From IMG/VR virus record IMGVR_UViG_3300006139_000503: DNA of 19,302 nt; one strand, written 5' to 3'. This document shows positions 1-8,061 of the stretch, in pieces. The stretch is from a virus (lineage: Duplodnaviria > Heunggongvirae > Uroviricota > Caudoviricetes). The notes under the pieces were generated by a model, which saw only the letters and a list, made by a program, of their open reading frames with translations, was not told where the DNA came from and made no database searches. The position numbers and the translations under genes are program-made. Within the stretch, counting starts at the first letter, position 1. Every line of letters begins with the position of its first letter.

Positions 1-69
1 AACCAGACGCAGACCTGGGATTCGCACGGGATGCTGTTTAGGAAGTATGATGCCGTCACGGATTCGTAT
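1..69 (+). repeat. Exact direct repeat of 2898..2966 (conserved tail arm, copy 1)
   Basis: 69/69 identical; first mismatch at base 70 (A vs G); weaker homology continues to about 330/3230. Confidence 0.97.
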
Positions 70-1302
70 ACTGACGAACAGATGAAAATCATTAATTCCA
101 CGCTTGCGATTACCGATGATAACTGGGAGACCTCAAAGACTGCTGTGGGCAAGATTATTTACTACGACCCGGAAAACGATACCTCGAAAGAGGGTTATGG
201 TATAAACGGCGAAGTTCTTGTAGGCAGGCTGATTTTGGGACAGAACTTAGGCATCTATAATGCTGCGAACACGATGAGGTTTACCGAAGACGGGCTTGAA
301 GTAAGTAATGGTGTAAATACGTTCACGGTCAACCCGAATGATGAATGTCTAATGAACATTAAGAACGGAGATACGGATGTATTGAAATTTAATGAGGATG
401 GTGATTTAGAGGTAACTGGATGCATAAATGCTACGAGTGGTAAAGTGTCAATGTTCAATATTGATGATGGCGACGCTGAGGGGTTGACTGCGTATTTTAA
501 TGATGGAACAAAAATTAAGCAGTATGGTTTGCGTAGAAACCGATTCTTTGCGTACTTAAAAGGTGCTTTCAATAAATTTATGGGACATTTAGATTTATAC
601 AACGGAATCGGAGAAGACCGAGAAACACCCTACGTTTCTATTGGCTCCGTTGGAGATGTTGATATAATTAGTAATTCAAATATACATCTGTGTGGAAAAT
701 TGTCTTATACTCCTGATGGTAAAGCTTCTTCTACTTCCTATGTTTCTATTAATGGCACTAATGGAGAAGCTACCTTCTCAGGCGCTACAAAATTTGATGG
801 TGCGTTATATTCATCGAATGTGTACAATACTACAGGCGGTACAGCAAATGTTTACATAAACTCTGCAAACCGTTTCACCCGCGCAACCTCTGCCTCTAAA
901 TATAAGCTGAATATTAAACCATTAGAGGAAAACTCTGATTACGCCTACAATATTCTACAGCTAATACCTAAACAATGGTTCGATAAAACATCCATAGAAA
1001 ATTATGCCGAAGTTCTCACTGCGGTATATAATGGAGATGAGCTGAACCCTGATATAGATAGTACTATTGATACCATTGATTCTTGTTATGGGCTGATTGC
1101 TGAGGACGTTGTCGACGCAGGATTATCAAAATATTGTACGTACAATTCTGAGGGTGAAGTGGAAGGAATCATGTACGAAAAGCTATGGACTTTATTGATT
1201 CCTATAGTTAAAGATTTAGTTGAAAAGGACAAAGAAAAAGATGAAAGAATCAACATGCTCGAAGCTAAAATCAGAGAATTGGAACGGATGATAAATATTT
1301 AA
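1..1302 (+). CDS. Phage tail-tip/minor structural protein, C-terminal part (variant 1) with peptidase S74 intramolecular chaperone; runs in from upstream of the window
   Basis: Frame is open from base 1 (NQTQTWDSHG-MLFRK...), so ATG31 is internal. C-terminus has TSASKYKLNIKPL...YGLIAEDV...IMYEKLWTLLIPIVKDL plus a coiled coil, typical of S74. N-part is homologous to 2898 onward. Confidence 0.85.
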   Translation, partial: NQTQTWDSHGMLFRKYDAVTDSYTDEQMKIINSTLAITDDNWETSKTAVGKIIYYDPENDTSKEGYGINGEVLVGRLILGQNLGIYNAANTMRFTEDGLEVSNGVNTFTVNPNDECLMNIKNGDTDVLKFNEDGDLEVTGCINATSGKVSMFNIDDGDAEGLTAYFNDGTKIKQYGLRRNRFFAYLKGAFNKFMGHLDLYNGIGEDRETPYVSIGSVGDVDIISNSNIHLCGKLSYTPDGKASSTSYVSINGTNGEATFSGATKFDGALYSSNVYNTTGGTANVYINSANRFTRATSASKYKLNIKPLEENSDYAYNILQLIPKQWFDKTSIENYAEVLTAVYNGDELNPDIDSTIDTIDSCYGLIAEDVVDAGLSKYCTYNSEGEVEGIMYEKLWTLLIPIVKDLVEKDKEKDERINMLEAKIRELERMINI

Positions 1303-1307
1303 ATCAA

Positions 1308-1355
1308 ATATCCTCCAGGCTGAATCAAAAGTTAAAAGTTCGGTCTGGAGGATAT
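1308..1355. terminator. Hairpin between convergent tail and Ig/LRR genes, probable bidirectional terminator
   Basis: ATATCCTCCAG (1308-1318) pairs with CTGGAGGATAT (1345-1355); stem extends 6 more pairs including two G-U. Confidence 0.75.
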
Positions 1356-1373
1356 ACAAATATCACAAAATAA

Positions 1374-2297
1374 TTAATGTTCGTTATCTTCTGCTAAATC
1401 AACAAAGGGTATTTTGTTACTTGACGCATAAGAACTAGCATGTGTTCCTTCGTAACCATAAATAGTTAAATTAGGGCAATCTTCAAAAGCATCAGGATGT
1501 ATAGACGTTACACTGGAAGGAATTACTGCTTTTGTTAAATTGGTACAGCCTGAAAATGTGTATATTAATATTTTGGTTAAATTAGCTGGAATATCTATAT
1601 TCCTTAAACTACTACACTGTACAAATACGCAGCTACCTATCTGGGTTACACTATTAGGTATGTTTATGCTTACCAAATTAGTACATCTCCAAAATGCATA
1701 CTGCCTTATTGTTGTTACCCCTTCAGGTATCTTGACCTCTGTCAAGGTCGTACATTCTGAAAACGCATAAGCCCCAATTGCTCTAACCGGCAATCCGTTT
1801 ATCGTTGACGGTATAGTTACAACTTTATCCTGACCATTATATTTCGAAATTACAATGGCTCCTTTTTCCACCTGTCCGGTTTCATCTACCCAATAAGAAA
1901 AATCACCATATGTTGGGCGCTCAGGCTCACTGGGAATAGGCTGCGGTGTCGGTTCCGGCACAGGTCGTGGAACCGGCTTCGGTTTTGTCACCTTAACCTT
2001 ACAAACATACTTCTTCTTCCCTATTTTCGCAGTAATCTTGGCATTACCCGCTTTTTTCCCTACGACCTTGCCTTTCTTACTGACCGTAGCGATTTTCTTA
2101 TTGCTTGTAGACCATTTGGGTTTTTTCTTCGTGCCTTTTAGCTTGAGAGTGACAGATTTGCCTTTTGTGATGGTAACAGACTTTTTACTGAGCTTGATTT
2201 TCGCTGCGGATGCTCGTGAGGGCGAGGAAATTGCTCCGGCTATGACGAGACATAGGGTTAGGAACAACAGCGTTAGTTTATGAATGTGCTTTTGCAT
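1374..2297 (-). CDS. Secreted surface protein: signal peptide, Lys-rich Ig-like (Big_2-type) domain, Pro-rich linker, BspA-type LRR (LRR_5) repeats (variant 1)
   Basis: Signal peptide ending ASA-A; KWSTSNKKIATVSKKGKVVGKKAGNAKITAKIG Ig motif; PKPVPRPVPEPTPQP linker; 4-5 repeats of the AFxxCxxLxxIxIPxxVTxI type; RBS AAAGGAG upstream. Confidence 0.9.
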   Translation of the reverse strand: MQKHIHKLTLLFLTLCLVIAGAISSPSRASAAKIKLSKKSVTITKGKSVTLKLKGTKKKPKWSTSNKKIATVSKKGKVVGKKAGNAKITAKIGKKKYVCKVKVTKPKPVPRPVPEPTPQPIPSEPERPTYGDFSYWVDETGQVEKGAIVISKYNGQDKVVTIPSTINGLPVRAIGAYAFSECTTLTEVKIPEGVTTIRQYAFWRCTNLVSINIPNSVTQIGSCVFVQCSSLRNIDIPANLTKILIYTFSGCTNLTKAVIPSSVTSIHPDAFEDCPNLTIYGYEGTHASSYASSNKIPFVDLAEDNEH

Positions 2298-2390
2298 AGA
2301 TACATCTCCTTTACTATTTATTTCATCGCTTTTGTTGATTTAATTATACATTGGTATTTTCTGTTAGTAAAGTAATATCATATGCGACAT
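1939..2390 (+). repeat. Conserved arm (5' half, RBS and promoter of the Ig/LRR gene), copy 1; repeat of 4770..5230
   Basis: About 14 mismatches over 1939-2297 by manual count (about 96%); homology continues through the promoter to TATCATATGCGACAT / TATTATATGCGATAT. Confidence 0.95.
2343..2371 (-). promoter_or_regulatory. Sigma70-type promoter of Ig/LRR gene 1
   Basis: Minus strand TTTACT-17 nt-TATAAT; same spacing kept in copy 2 despite spacer substitutions. Confidence 0.7.
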
Positions 2391-2399
2391 AAGAGGTAG

Positions 2400-4214
2400 A
2401 ATTGCTACAATTACACTTCAGGTGAGAGCTACGTCTCCACCGGACTTAATAACGCCGAGCTTTTCAAGAACGCACAGAAATACCTTGAGGTCGTGCAGGG
2501 CAGAATCCGCAAGGCATGTATGCCCTCCCCTAATATCTCTGCGACGCTCAGGAACCTGCTGGTGATGCCGGAGTTCGCCCCGATTGTTGACAAGTTCTCT
2601 GTCGGGAACTGGATTCGCGTCAGGGTTGATGGGATACTCTACCGTGTGCGGCTCCGCTCCTACACTATCCATTTCAACGAGCTGGACAACATCCAAATCG
2701 AGTTCTCGAATGCGATGAAATCCACCGACAGCGGAAGCAACATACACCGGACGCTTGTCAAAGCCAGGGCTATGGCCTCAAACTACAGCACTGTCGTAAA
2801 ACAGGCGGAAAAGGGCGAGGAAAGCAAGGCTCTCCTGAACACCTGGGTCGAGAAAGGGCTTGACGCGACGAATACGAAGATTATCGGAGGGGTTGATAAC
2901 CAGACGCAGACCTGGGATTCGCACGGGATGCTGTTTAGGAAGTATGATGCCGTCACGGATTCGTATGCTGACGAGCAGTTAAAGATTATTAACTCCACTC
3001 TTGCAATGACCGACGATAACTGGAAGACTTCGAAAGCCGCGATAGGCAGGATTATCTACCTTGACCCGAAGACTAACACCATGAAAGAAGTGCCTGGTAT
3101 AAACGGCGAGGTTGTGGTAGGGAAGATGATTCTCAGCCAGAATATGGGAATCTATAATAATGCGAACACGATGCAGTTCGACGAAGACGGTCTGAAAATC
3201 ACCAACGGGATAACTACGGTCGCGATAAACCCCAATAACCCGAAAGAGGTTATAATGATAAGCCATGATGGCGTGCCTAAATTCTTCACCGATGAAAACG
3301 GATATGTTCATATCTGGGAAGATGACGTTGTTTTGACTGAGGAAGGATTGGACTTCTTTAGCGACCAGGTTCCTATCGGGCGCATGGTTTCGACGGGGTT
3401 AAAAAGCTACCCTGACGAGAAGGGGCTGCACTTTACTTTGCAGGAAGATGGCTCTTACATGTGTTGGGCGGCGATTGATGAAGCTGGAGAAAATAATATC
3501 AAACTTGCGTATTACCGCGATGGGGTTGTTCCTGGTAAAAACGAAGGGTTACACTTAGGGGATGATTTGTATTGCGACAATTACCCAGTGCATTTTAGTA
3601 ACGGTGTGGAGGCTAGAGCAAACGAAAGCGGAACAACTGTTACGATTGCTGATGGTAATAACTTCGCATTTATGGATAAAAATAGTAATCCTGTATGTAT
3701 TTTTACACCTACTAAGGCTGAGATACGAAAAGTTCTTCATCTTTATCAGAATATAGACATGCATGGATTCAATATCTTAAACCCGTCCGATGCCCGACTC
3801 AAAACAAACATCGAAACTACAGAAGTAAATGCATTGGATACTTTAAACCAGATTGAATTAAAACAATTTGACTGGATTGAAAATGATAATCATGAGGATA
3901 TCGCTATGATTGCTCAGCAGTTACAAAATGTCCTTCCTGATTTAGTGCATGAGGATGAATCAAACGGGAAACTTTCAATTAAGACAGATAAATTTATTCC
4001 TTACTTGATTAAAGCAATTCAGGAATTATCAAATAAAATCAACAGCTTAAATGGTTCCGAACCTTCAACACCGAAATCACGTCACGCAAGTCATAATTCA
4101 TGGGAGGATATTTCTCTTGAAGAAAAGAATGAGTTTGTTGAAAAGATAAAAGAAAAAACGGTTGTCCCAGAAGCTACTACACCTGAACCTGTTTCTATTC
4201 CTGTAGGGCGATAA
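2400..4214 (+). pseudogene. 5'-truncated second tail-tip copy (variant 2, S74 chaperone domain), probably a silent cassette
   Basis: Frame opens after TAG 2397-2399; reads ...YVSTGLNNAELFKNAQ...VGNWIRVRVDG, which looks like mid-protein tail sequence; no well-spaced RBS for GTG2493; C-terminal PSDARLKTNIE...IAQQLQNVLPDLV...YLIKAIQEL is S74. Confidence 0.75.
2898..2966 (+). repeat. Exact direct repeat of 1..69 (conserved tail arm, copy 2)
   Basis: Identical 69-mer at offset 2897. Confidence 0.97.
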
Positions 4215-4220
4215 TTAAAA

Positions 4221-4259
4221 AGATAGGCTATGCTTACATCATTGAAGCGTAGCCCATCT
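4221..4259. terminator. Hairpin between convergent tail-2 and Ig/LRR-2 genes
   Basis: AGATAGGCTATGCTT pairs with AAGCGTAGCCCATCT (15-bp stem, one mismatch, one G-U), flanked by A/T runs. Confidence 0.75.
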
Positions 4260-4267
4260 AATAATTT

Positions 4268-5128
4268 TTATAATGGTTTAAAAGATATTCCTTGTTTATT
4301 TGCAAATTCTTCGGCAAATGAACCCGGCTTACCATAAATAGTTAAATTGGGGTGGTCTGAAGGAACAAATATACTGCCATAAGGCACGGGGGCGGGTAAA
4401 GGAATCGGTCTGCCATACTCGTCAAGTATATAATTGCCATTTTCATCATATTGTGATGTATAATATCCTGGTTTTTTACCCATTATCTTTATCACACTAC
4501 TAGGAATTGTTATTTTAATTAAATTTGGACACATGAGAAATGCCTCATCGGTTATTTCCGTTATCCCTTCAGATATTACAACTTCGACTAATTTCTTATG
4601 ATGTATAATGTCGTCTACAACTTTTACTGGACGTCCCCCTAACGTAGCCGGAATAATAATAGATGTCCATTCTTTATCCTGCGGGAAATCTTTAACTGTA
4701 ACAGTCCCATCCTTTTCCACGACATACTCGCAATTCGTTTCATTCAAAACAACCGGAGCACTCGGGTCTGGCTGCGGCGTCGGTTCCGGCACTGGCCGTG
4801 GAACCGGCTTCGGCTTCGTCACCTTAACCTTGCAAACATACTTCTTCTTCCCTATTTTCGCAGTAATCTTGGCATTACCTGCCTTTTTCCCTACGACCTT
4901 GCCTTTCTTACTGACCGTAGCGACTTTCTTATTGCTTGTAGACCATTTGGGTTTTTTCTTCGTGCCTTTTAGCTTGAGAGTGACAGATTTGCCTTTTGTG
5001 ATGGTAACAGACTTTTTACTGAGCTTGATTTTCGCTGCGGATGCTCGTGAGGGCGAGGAAATTGCTCCGGCTATGACGAGGCATAGGGTTAGGAGCAGCA
5101 GCGTTATTTTATGAATGTGCTTTTGCAT
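4268..5128 (-). CDS. Secreted Ig-like plus degenerate BspA-LRR surface protein (variant 2)
   Basis: First about 120 aa differ from variant 1 at 3 positions; C-terminus has only about 2 LRR repeats, an aromatic/Pro-rich insert and the same NLTIYG cap motif. Confidence 0.88.
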   Translation of the reverse strand: MQKHIHKITLLLLTLCLVIAGAISSPSRASAAKIKLSKKSVTITKGKSVTLKLKGTKKKPKWSTSNKKVATVSKKGKVVGKKAGNAKITAKIGKKKYVCKVKVTKPKPVPRPVPEPTPQPDPSAPVVLNETNCEYVVEKDGTVTVKDFPQDKEWTSIIIPATLGGRPVKVVDDIIHHKKLVEVVISEGITEITDEAFLMCPNLIKITIPSSVIKIMGKKPGYYTSQYDENGNYILDEYGRPIPLPAPVPYGSIFVPSDHPNLTIYGKPGSFAEEFANKQGISFKPL

Positions 5129-5230
5129 AGATACATCTCCTTTACTATTTATTTTACCGCTTTTGTTGATTTAATTATACATTAGTGTTTTTTATTGGTA
5201 AAGTAAGATTTGGGATATTATATGCGATAT
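4770..5230 (+). repeat. Conserved arm, copy 2 (repeat of 1939..2390)
   Basis: Offset 2831 through the CDS and promoter; 9-nt insertion GATTTGGGA near the end. Confidence 0.95.
5174..5202 (-). promoter_or_regulatory. Sigma70-type promoter of Ig/LRR gene 2
   Basis: Minus strand TTTACC-17 nt-TATAAT. Confidence 0.7.
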
Positions 5231-5330
5231 TACAAACGTAAAATACACATCGCAAAGAACGAATCCCAAAATTCTACGTTACTAGAGTTTGGAGGCTTTT
5301 CTTTAGCTATTTTTACTGGTAAAAAGTATC

Positions 5331-5359
5331 TTGAAATCCAAAACTGCATATGCTATAAT
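5331..5359 (+). promoter_or_regulatory. Promoter of putative antitoxin sRNA
   Basis: TTGAAA-17 nt-TATAAT with extended -10 (TGcTATAAT); no RBS-led ORF before the terminator about 45 nt downstream. Confidence 0.75.
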
Positions 5360-5364
5360 GCCAG

Positions 5365-5452
5365 TAGGCAAAAAGAGGAAACGAGTCCATCTGGACGAAG
5401 AACGAATCCCCAAACTGTACTGCAATTACAGTTCGGGGATTCTTCTTTTCTT
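5365..5452 (+). ncRNA. Putative type I antitoxin RNA (Fst/Ldr par-like)
   Basis: Promoter-to-terminator unit of about 90 nt; carries AAAAAGAGGAAACGA (5370-5384), identical to 5555-5569 and so complementary to the toxin mRNA start region. Confidence 0.7.
5404..5442. terminator. Terminator shared by the convergent antitoxin and toxin transcripts
   Basis: GAATCCCCAAACTGTA pairs with TACAGTTCGGGGATTC (16 bp, one mismatch), followed by TTCTTTTCTTTT. Confidence 0.85.
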
Positions 5453-5480
5453 TTAGAGTGGCAAAGCACCCACTAGGCTA

Positions 5481-5576
5481 TTAATTGTCCGTATGTTTTC
5501 TGTCAAGCCATTTGATGATGAGGTGGCAAACCACACCGCCCATGACAGTAACTAAAAAAGAGGAAACGATTTCCAT
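5481..5576 (-). CDS. Type I toxin peptide, Fst/Ldr-like, 31 aa: MEIVSSFLVTVMGGVVCHLIIKWLDRKHTDN (absent from the ORF track)
   Basis: RBS GGAGGAGGT 6 nt before ATG; one hydrophobic helix, conserved-type KWLD and charged tail; convergent sRNA. Confidence 0.85.
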   Translation of the reverse strand: MEIVSSFLVTVMGGVVCHLIIKWLDRKHTDN

Positions 5577-5622
5577 CCAAACACCTCCTCCCGTTGCCGG
5601 GTATTGGTTGGACAACGAAATT

Positions 5623-5651
5623 ATTATAACATGCATTTTGACAAACTTCTA
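5623..5651 (-). promoter_or_regulatory. Toxin promoter
   Basis: Minus strand TGtTATAAT extended -10 (5623-5628 hexamer); weak -35 TAGAAG at 17 nt. Confidence 0.55.
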
Positions 5652-5662
5652 CTTTCTTTTAT

Positions 5663-6990
5663 GAATGTTGAAAAGTATTTAGCCCGCAATCCCATTAGCT
5701 TTAGCTGATGGGTTAAGGGTGTAATTTATAAAATAAAAATAGAATATATAGCCAGAAGGGTGGTGACAAGTAAATGCTAAAAGCCTACAAATACCGTATT
5801 TATCCAAACGGACAACAGGAGGAACAAATACAAAAGACGTTCGGGTGTTGTAGATTTGTATATAACAATACTCTTTCATACAGGAAAGAAAAATATGTGA
5901 AACAGAAAGAATCCATGAATAAAGTTGCTTGTAACAACTATGTCAATCAAACATTAAAGAAAGAATACGAATGGCTGAAGGAAGTTGATAAGTTTGCATT
6001 GACAAATGCAGTTTACAACATGGATTCTGCATATCAGAAGTTTTTCAAGGAACATGCGGGATATCCGAAATTTAAAAGTAAGCACGACAGTCATAAATCA
6101 TACACAACAAATTTTACAAACGGAAATATTGCTGTATTGTTTGATTCAAACAAAATCAAACTTCCAAAACTTAAATTGGTAAAAGCAAAACTGCATAGAA
6201 AATTTGACGGTAAAATAAAATCTGCTACTATCTCACAGGTTTCATCTGGAAAATATTTTGTATCTATCCTTGTGGAAACAGGACATATACAAATGGAACC
6301 CGCTGATTGTATAGTTGGTATTGATTTAGGTATTAAGGATTTACTTGTTACCTCCAATGGACAGAAATTTGATAACAAGAGACTAACTAAGAAATATGAA
6401 GATAAATTGGCAAAGGAACAGAGAAATTATCTCATAAAGTAAAAGGTAGTAAAAATTGGAACAAACAGAGAATTAAAGTAGCGAAAATACACGAAAAGGT
6501 TTCAAACACCAGAAAAGATTACTTACATAAAATATCCAGTCAGCTAGTAAGCGAAAACCAAGCGATAGTGACTGAGGATTTGGCTGTAAGTAATATAGTA
6601 AAGAATCATACTCTTGCAAAAGCAATTTCTGATTGTGGCTGGCATGAACTGACACGACAATTACAGTATAAATCTGATTGGAATAATCGCCAGTATGTGA
6701 AAATTGGACGATTTGTTAAATCAAGCCAAACGTGTAATATTTGTGGGTATGTTAATGAGGAAACGAAAAATTTATTTGTCAGGGAATGGACGTGCCCTCA
6801 ATGTGGAAATGTACATGACCGTGATATTAATGCCGCTATCAATATTCTTAATGAAGGGTTAAGACTACTCGATGTAGCTTAGATATATTGAGTACGGTAG
6901 GAACTATCGGAATTAACGCCTGTGGAGATAGTAGGTTGCGAGGTCGATGAAGCAGGAAGCCCATCGAGCTTTAGCTCGTGGGTAGTTCAC
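5663..6990 (+). mobile_element. IS200/IS605-family tnpB-only (non-autonomous) element
   Basis: Subterminal hairpins CCCATTAGCT-TT-AGCTGATGGG (5691-5712) and CCCATCGAGCT-TT-AGCTCGTGGG (6960-6982); right end GGTAGTTCAC at 6990; left boundary is inferred (after TTTAT 5658-5662); no tnpA. Confidence 0.8.
5774..6882 (+). pseudogene. tnpB: TnpB RNA-guided nuclease split by a 1-nt deletion near 6424-6426
   Basis: MLKAYKYRIYPN HTH; RuvC GIDLG, TEDL and DRDINAA; CNIC/CPQC zinc finger. Restoring one A in GAGAAATTAT gives KEQRKLSHKVKGSKNW and a 369-aa ORF. Confidence 0.9.
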
Positions 6991-7010
6991 AATAAGCAGA
7001 CAAACGTGGA
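6883..7010 (+). ncRNA. Putative omega RNA scaffold (3' part) plus guide from flanking DNA (6991 onward: AATAAGCAGACAAACGTGGA)
   Basis: GC-richer segment between the tnpB stop and the right end; TnpB omega RNAs are known to overlap the right end and read the guide from the flank. Ends are approximate. Confidence 0.55.
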
Positions 7011-7104
7011 GTCTGAAGATAACCACTTAAAAATAAACCGAATCATAACACCAGTGTCTTTGTTAAGCTGAGTGTACCGCATTTTCCCAAAGACATTGCT
7101 CACA

Positions 7105-7134
7105 ATATCAGCGAATCGAAGTCGACTGAGTTTT
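7105..7134 (+). repeat. 30-nt direct repeat, copy 1 (27/30 with 8729..8758), containing palindrome AGTCGACT
   Basis: ATATCAGCGAATCGAAGTCGACTGAGTTTT vs ATATCAACGAATGGAAGTCGACTGAATTTT. Confidence 0.85.
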
Positions 7135-7181
7135 CCAGTATTATGTCATAAACTCACACAGCCACGAAAATATGTCTAATG

Positions 7182-7210
7182 TTGACAAACTTACACTTTT
7201 TTAGTACTAT
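7182..7210 (+). promoter_or_regulatory. Sigma70-type promoter upstream of the peptidase operon
   Basis: TTGACA-17 nt-TACTAT; a second candidate TTTATC-17 nt-TATAAT lies at 7301-7329. Confidence 0.65.
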
Positions 7211-7425
7211 ATTAGTGTCAAATGTAATATTTTTAAGATTGCTGCCTAGTCTTGGCATCTGCAAACATGAATCATGGCATGACTTGCGTTAACTGGGGTA
7301 TTTATCATTTTGTACAAGCCTTGTATAATAGTGTTATCAAGTATGCAGGGAGTTTTAATGCGATGATTTATGATTTACATATATATAAGCATTTTAAATT
7401 AACCAAAGAGAGTTATGGTGGTAGC

Positions 7426-8061
7426 ATGACGGGCATTACAATTGAGGGGAAAAAGAAGATGAGAAAAAGCATACAAAGTATTACTGATAAAATCAAGCAA
7501 GAACGCCAATACAACAATAAGATTTATTATGCTTCTGATATGGAATATCTGGCATCAGAAATCCTATCTGCCATGCCAGACACCACTGATGATAGAAATT
7601 CTTGTATTACACCAGTAGTGTCTATCGCAAAAGCGATGGGATTTGATACATTCCAGCAAGATTTGCTGTGGTTTTTATCCGGTTGTATTGGTATCAATAA
7701 AAAGTACATAAAAAAGTTTAAGACAGACCACATTATTTTTACAAACAGAAAAGTACATCCGTACCAACAAAGATTTGTTATTGCCCATGAATTGGCGCAT
7801 TATCTGTTTGATTATGACCATACGTCTGAAGTGTACTATAATACATATAAGAAAAATAGTCATAGTGCAGAAGCAGAAAAGCGTGCAAATGCCTTTGCAG
7901 CCAGCTTACTTATGCCAAAGGATGCCTTCTTAAAAGAATATAATAAGGCAAGAGCTAAGAGTAACAACCCTATATTCATTCTGGATTATCTTTCAGATAC
8001 ATTTAAAGCTCCTAGAAAATCTGTTTTGAAAAGAATGTACGAGGTGGGTTGTTATGCTTAG
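7426..8061 (+). CDS. ImmA/IrrE-family Zn metallopeptidase (start 7426 or 7459 rather than TTG7252)
   Basis: QRFVIAHELAHYLF (HExxH) and EKRANAFAASLLMP; GAGGGG RBS precedes ATG7459. Confidence 0.9.
   Translation: MTGITIEGKKKMRKSIQSITDKIKQERQYNNKIYYASDMEYLASEILSAMPDTTDDRNSCITPVVSIAKAMGFDTFQQDLLWFLSGCIGINKKYIKKFKTDHIIFTNRKVHPYQQRFVIAHELAHYLFDYDHTSEVYYNTYKKNSHSAEAEKRANAFAASLLMPKDAFLKEYNKARAKSNNPIFILDYLSDTFKAPRKSVLKRMYEVGCYA

Noticed and set aside
1-4214. Diversity-generating retroelement (template/variable repeat pair)
   Set aside because: Differences between the tail copies are not restricted to adenines, are largely synonymous, and no reverse transcriptase is present in the window.
255-5114. 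Short overlapping ORFs 255..602, 1540..1770, 2038..2283, 2418..2747, 2783..2998, 2979..3311, 3555..3764, 3562..3756, 4608..5114
   Set aside because: Shadow frames of well-supported genes, without RBS or recognisable motifs.
1-5230. Invertase-driven shufflon
   Set aside because: Copies are in direct orientation, no inverted crossover sites were seen, and no recombinase gene is in the window.
5210-5476. 88-aa ORF from the track
   Set aside because: TTG start with no RBS; it runs across the sRNA promoter and terminator, which explain the sequence better.
6568-6882. Separate 104-aa Zn-finger gene
   Set aside because: It is the out-of-frame 3' part of tnpB.
7252-7425. N-terminal extension of the peptidase from TTG7252
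   Set aside because: No RBS, and it overlaps a promoter-like TATAAT at 7324; ATG7426 or 7459 fit better.
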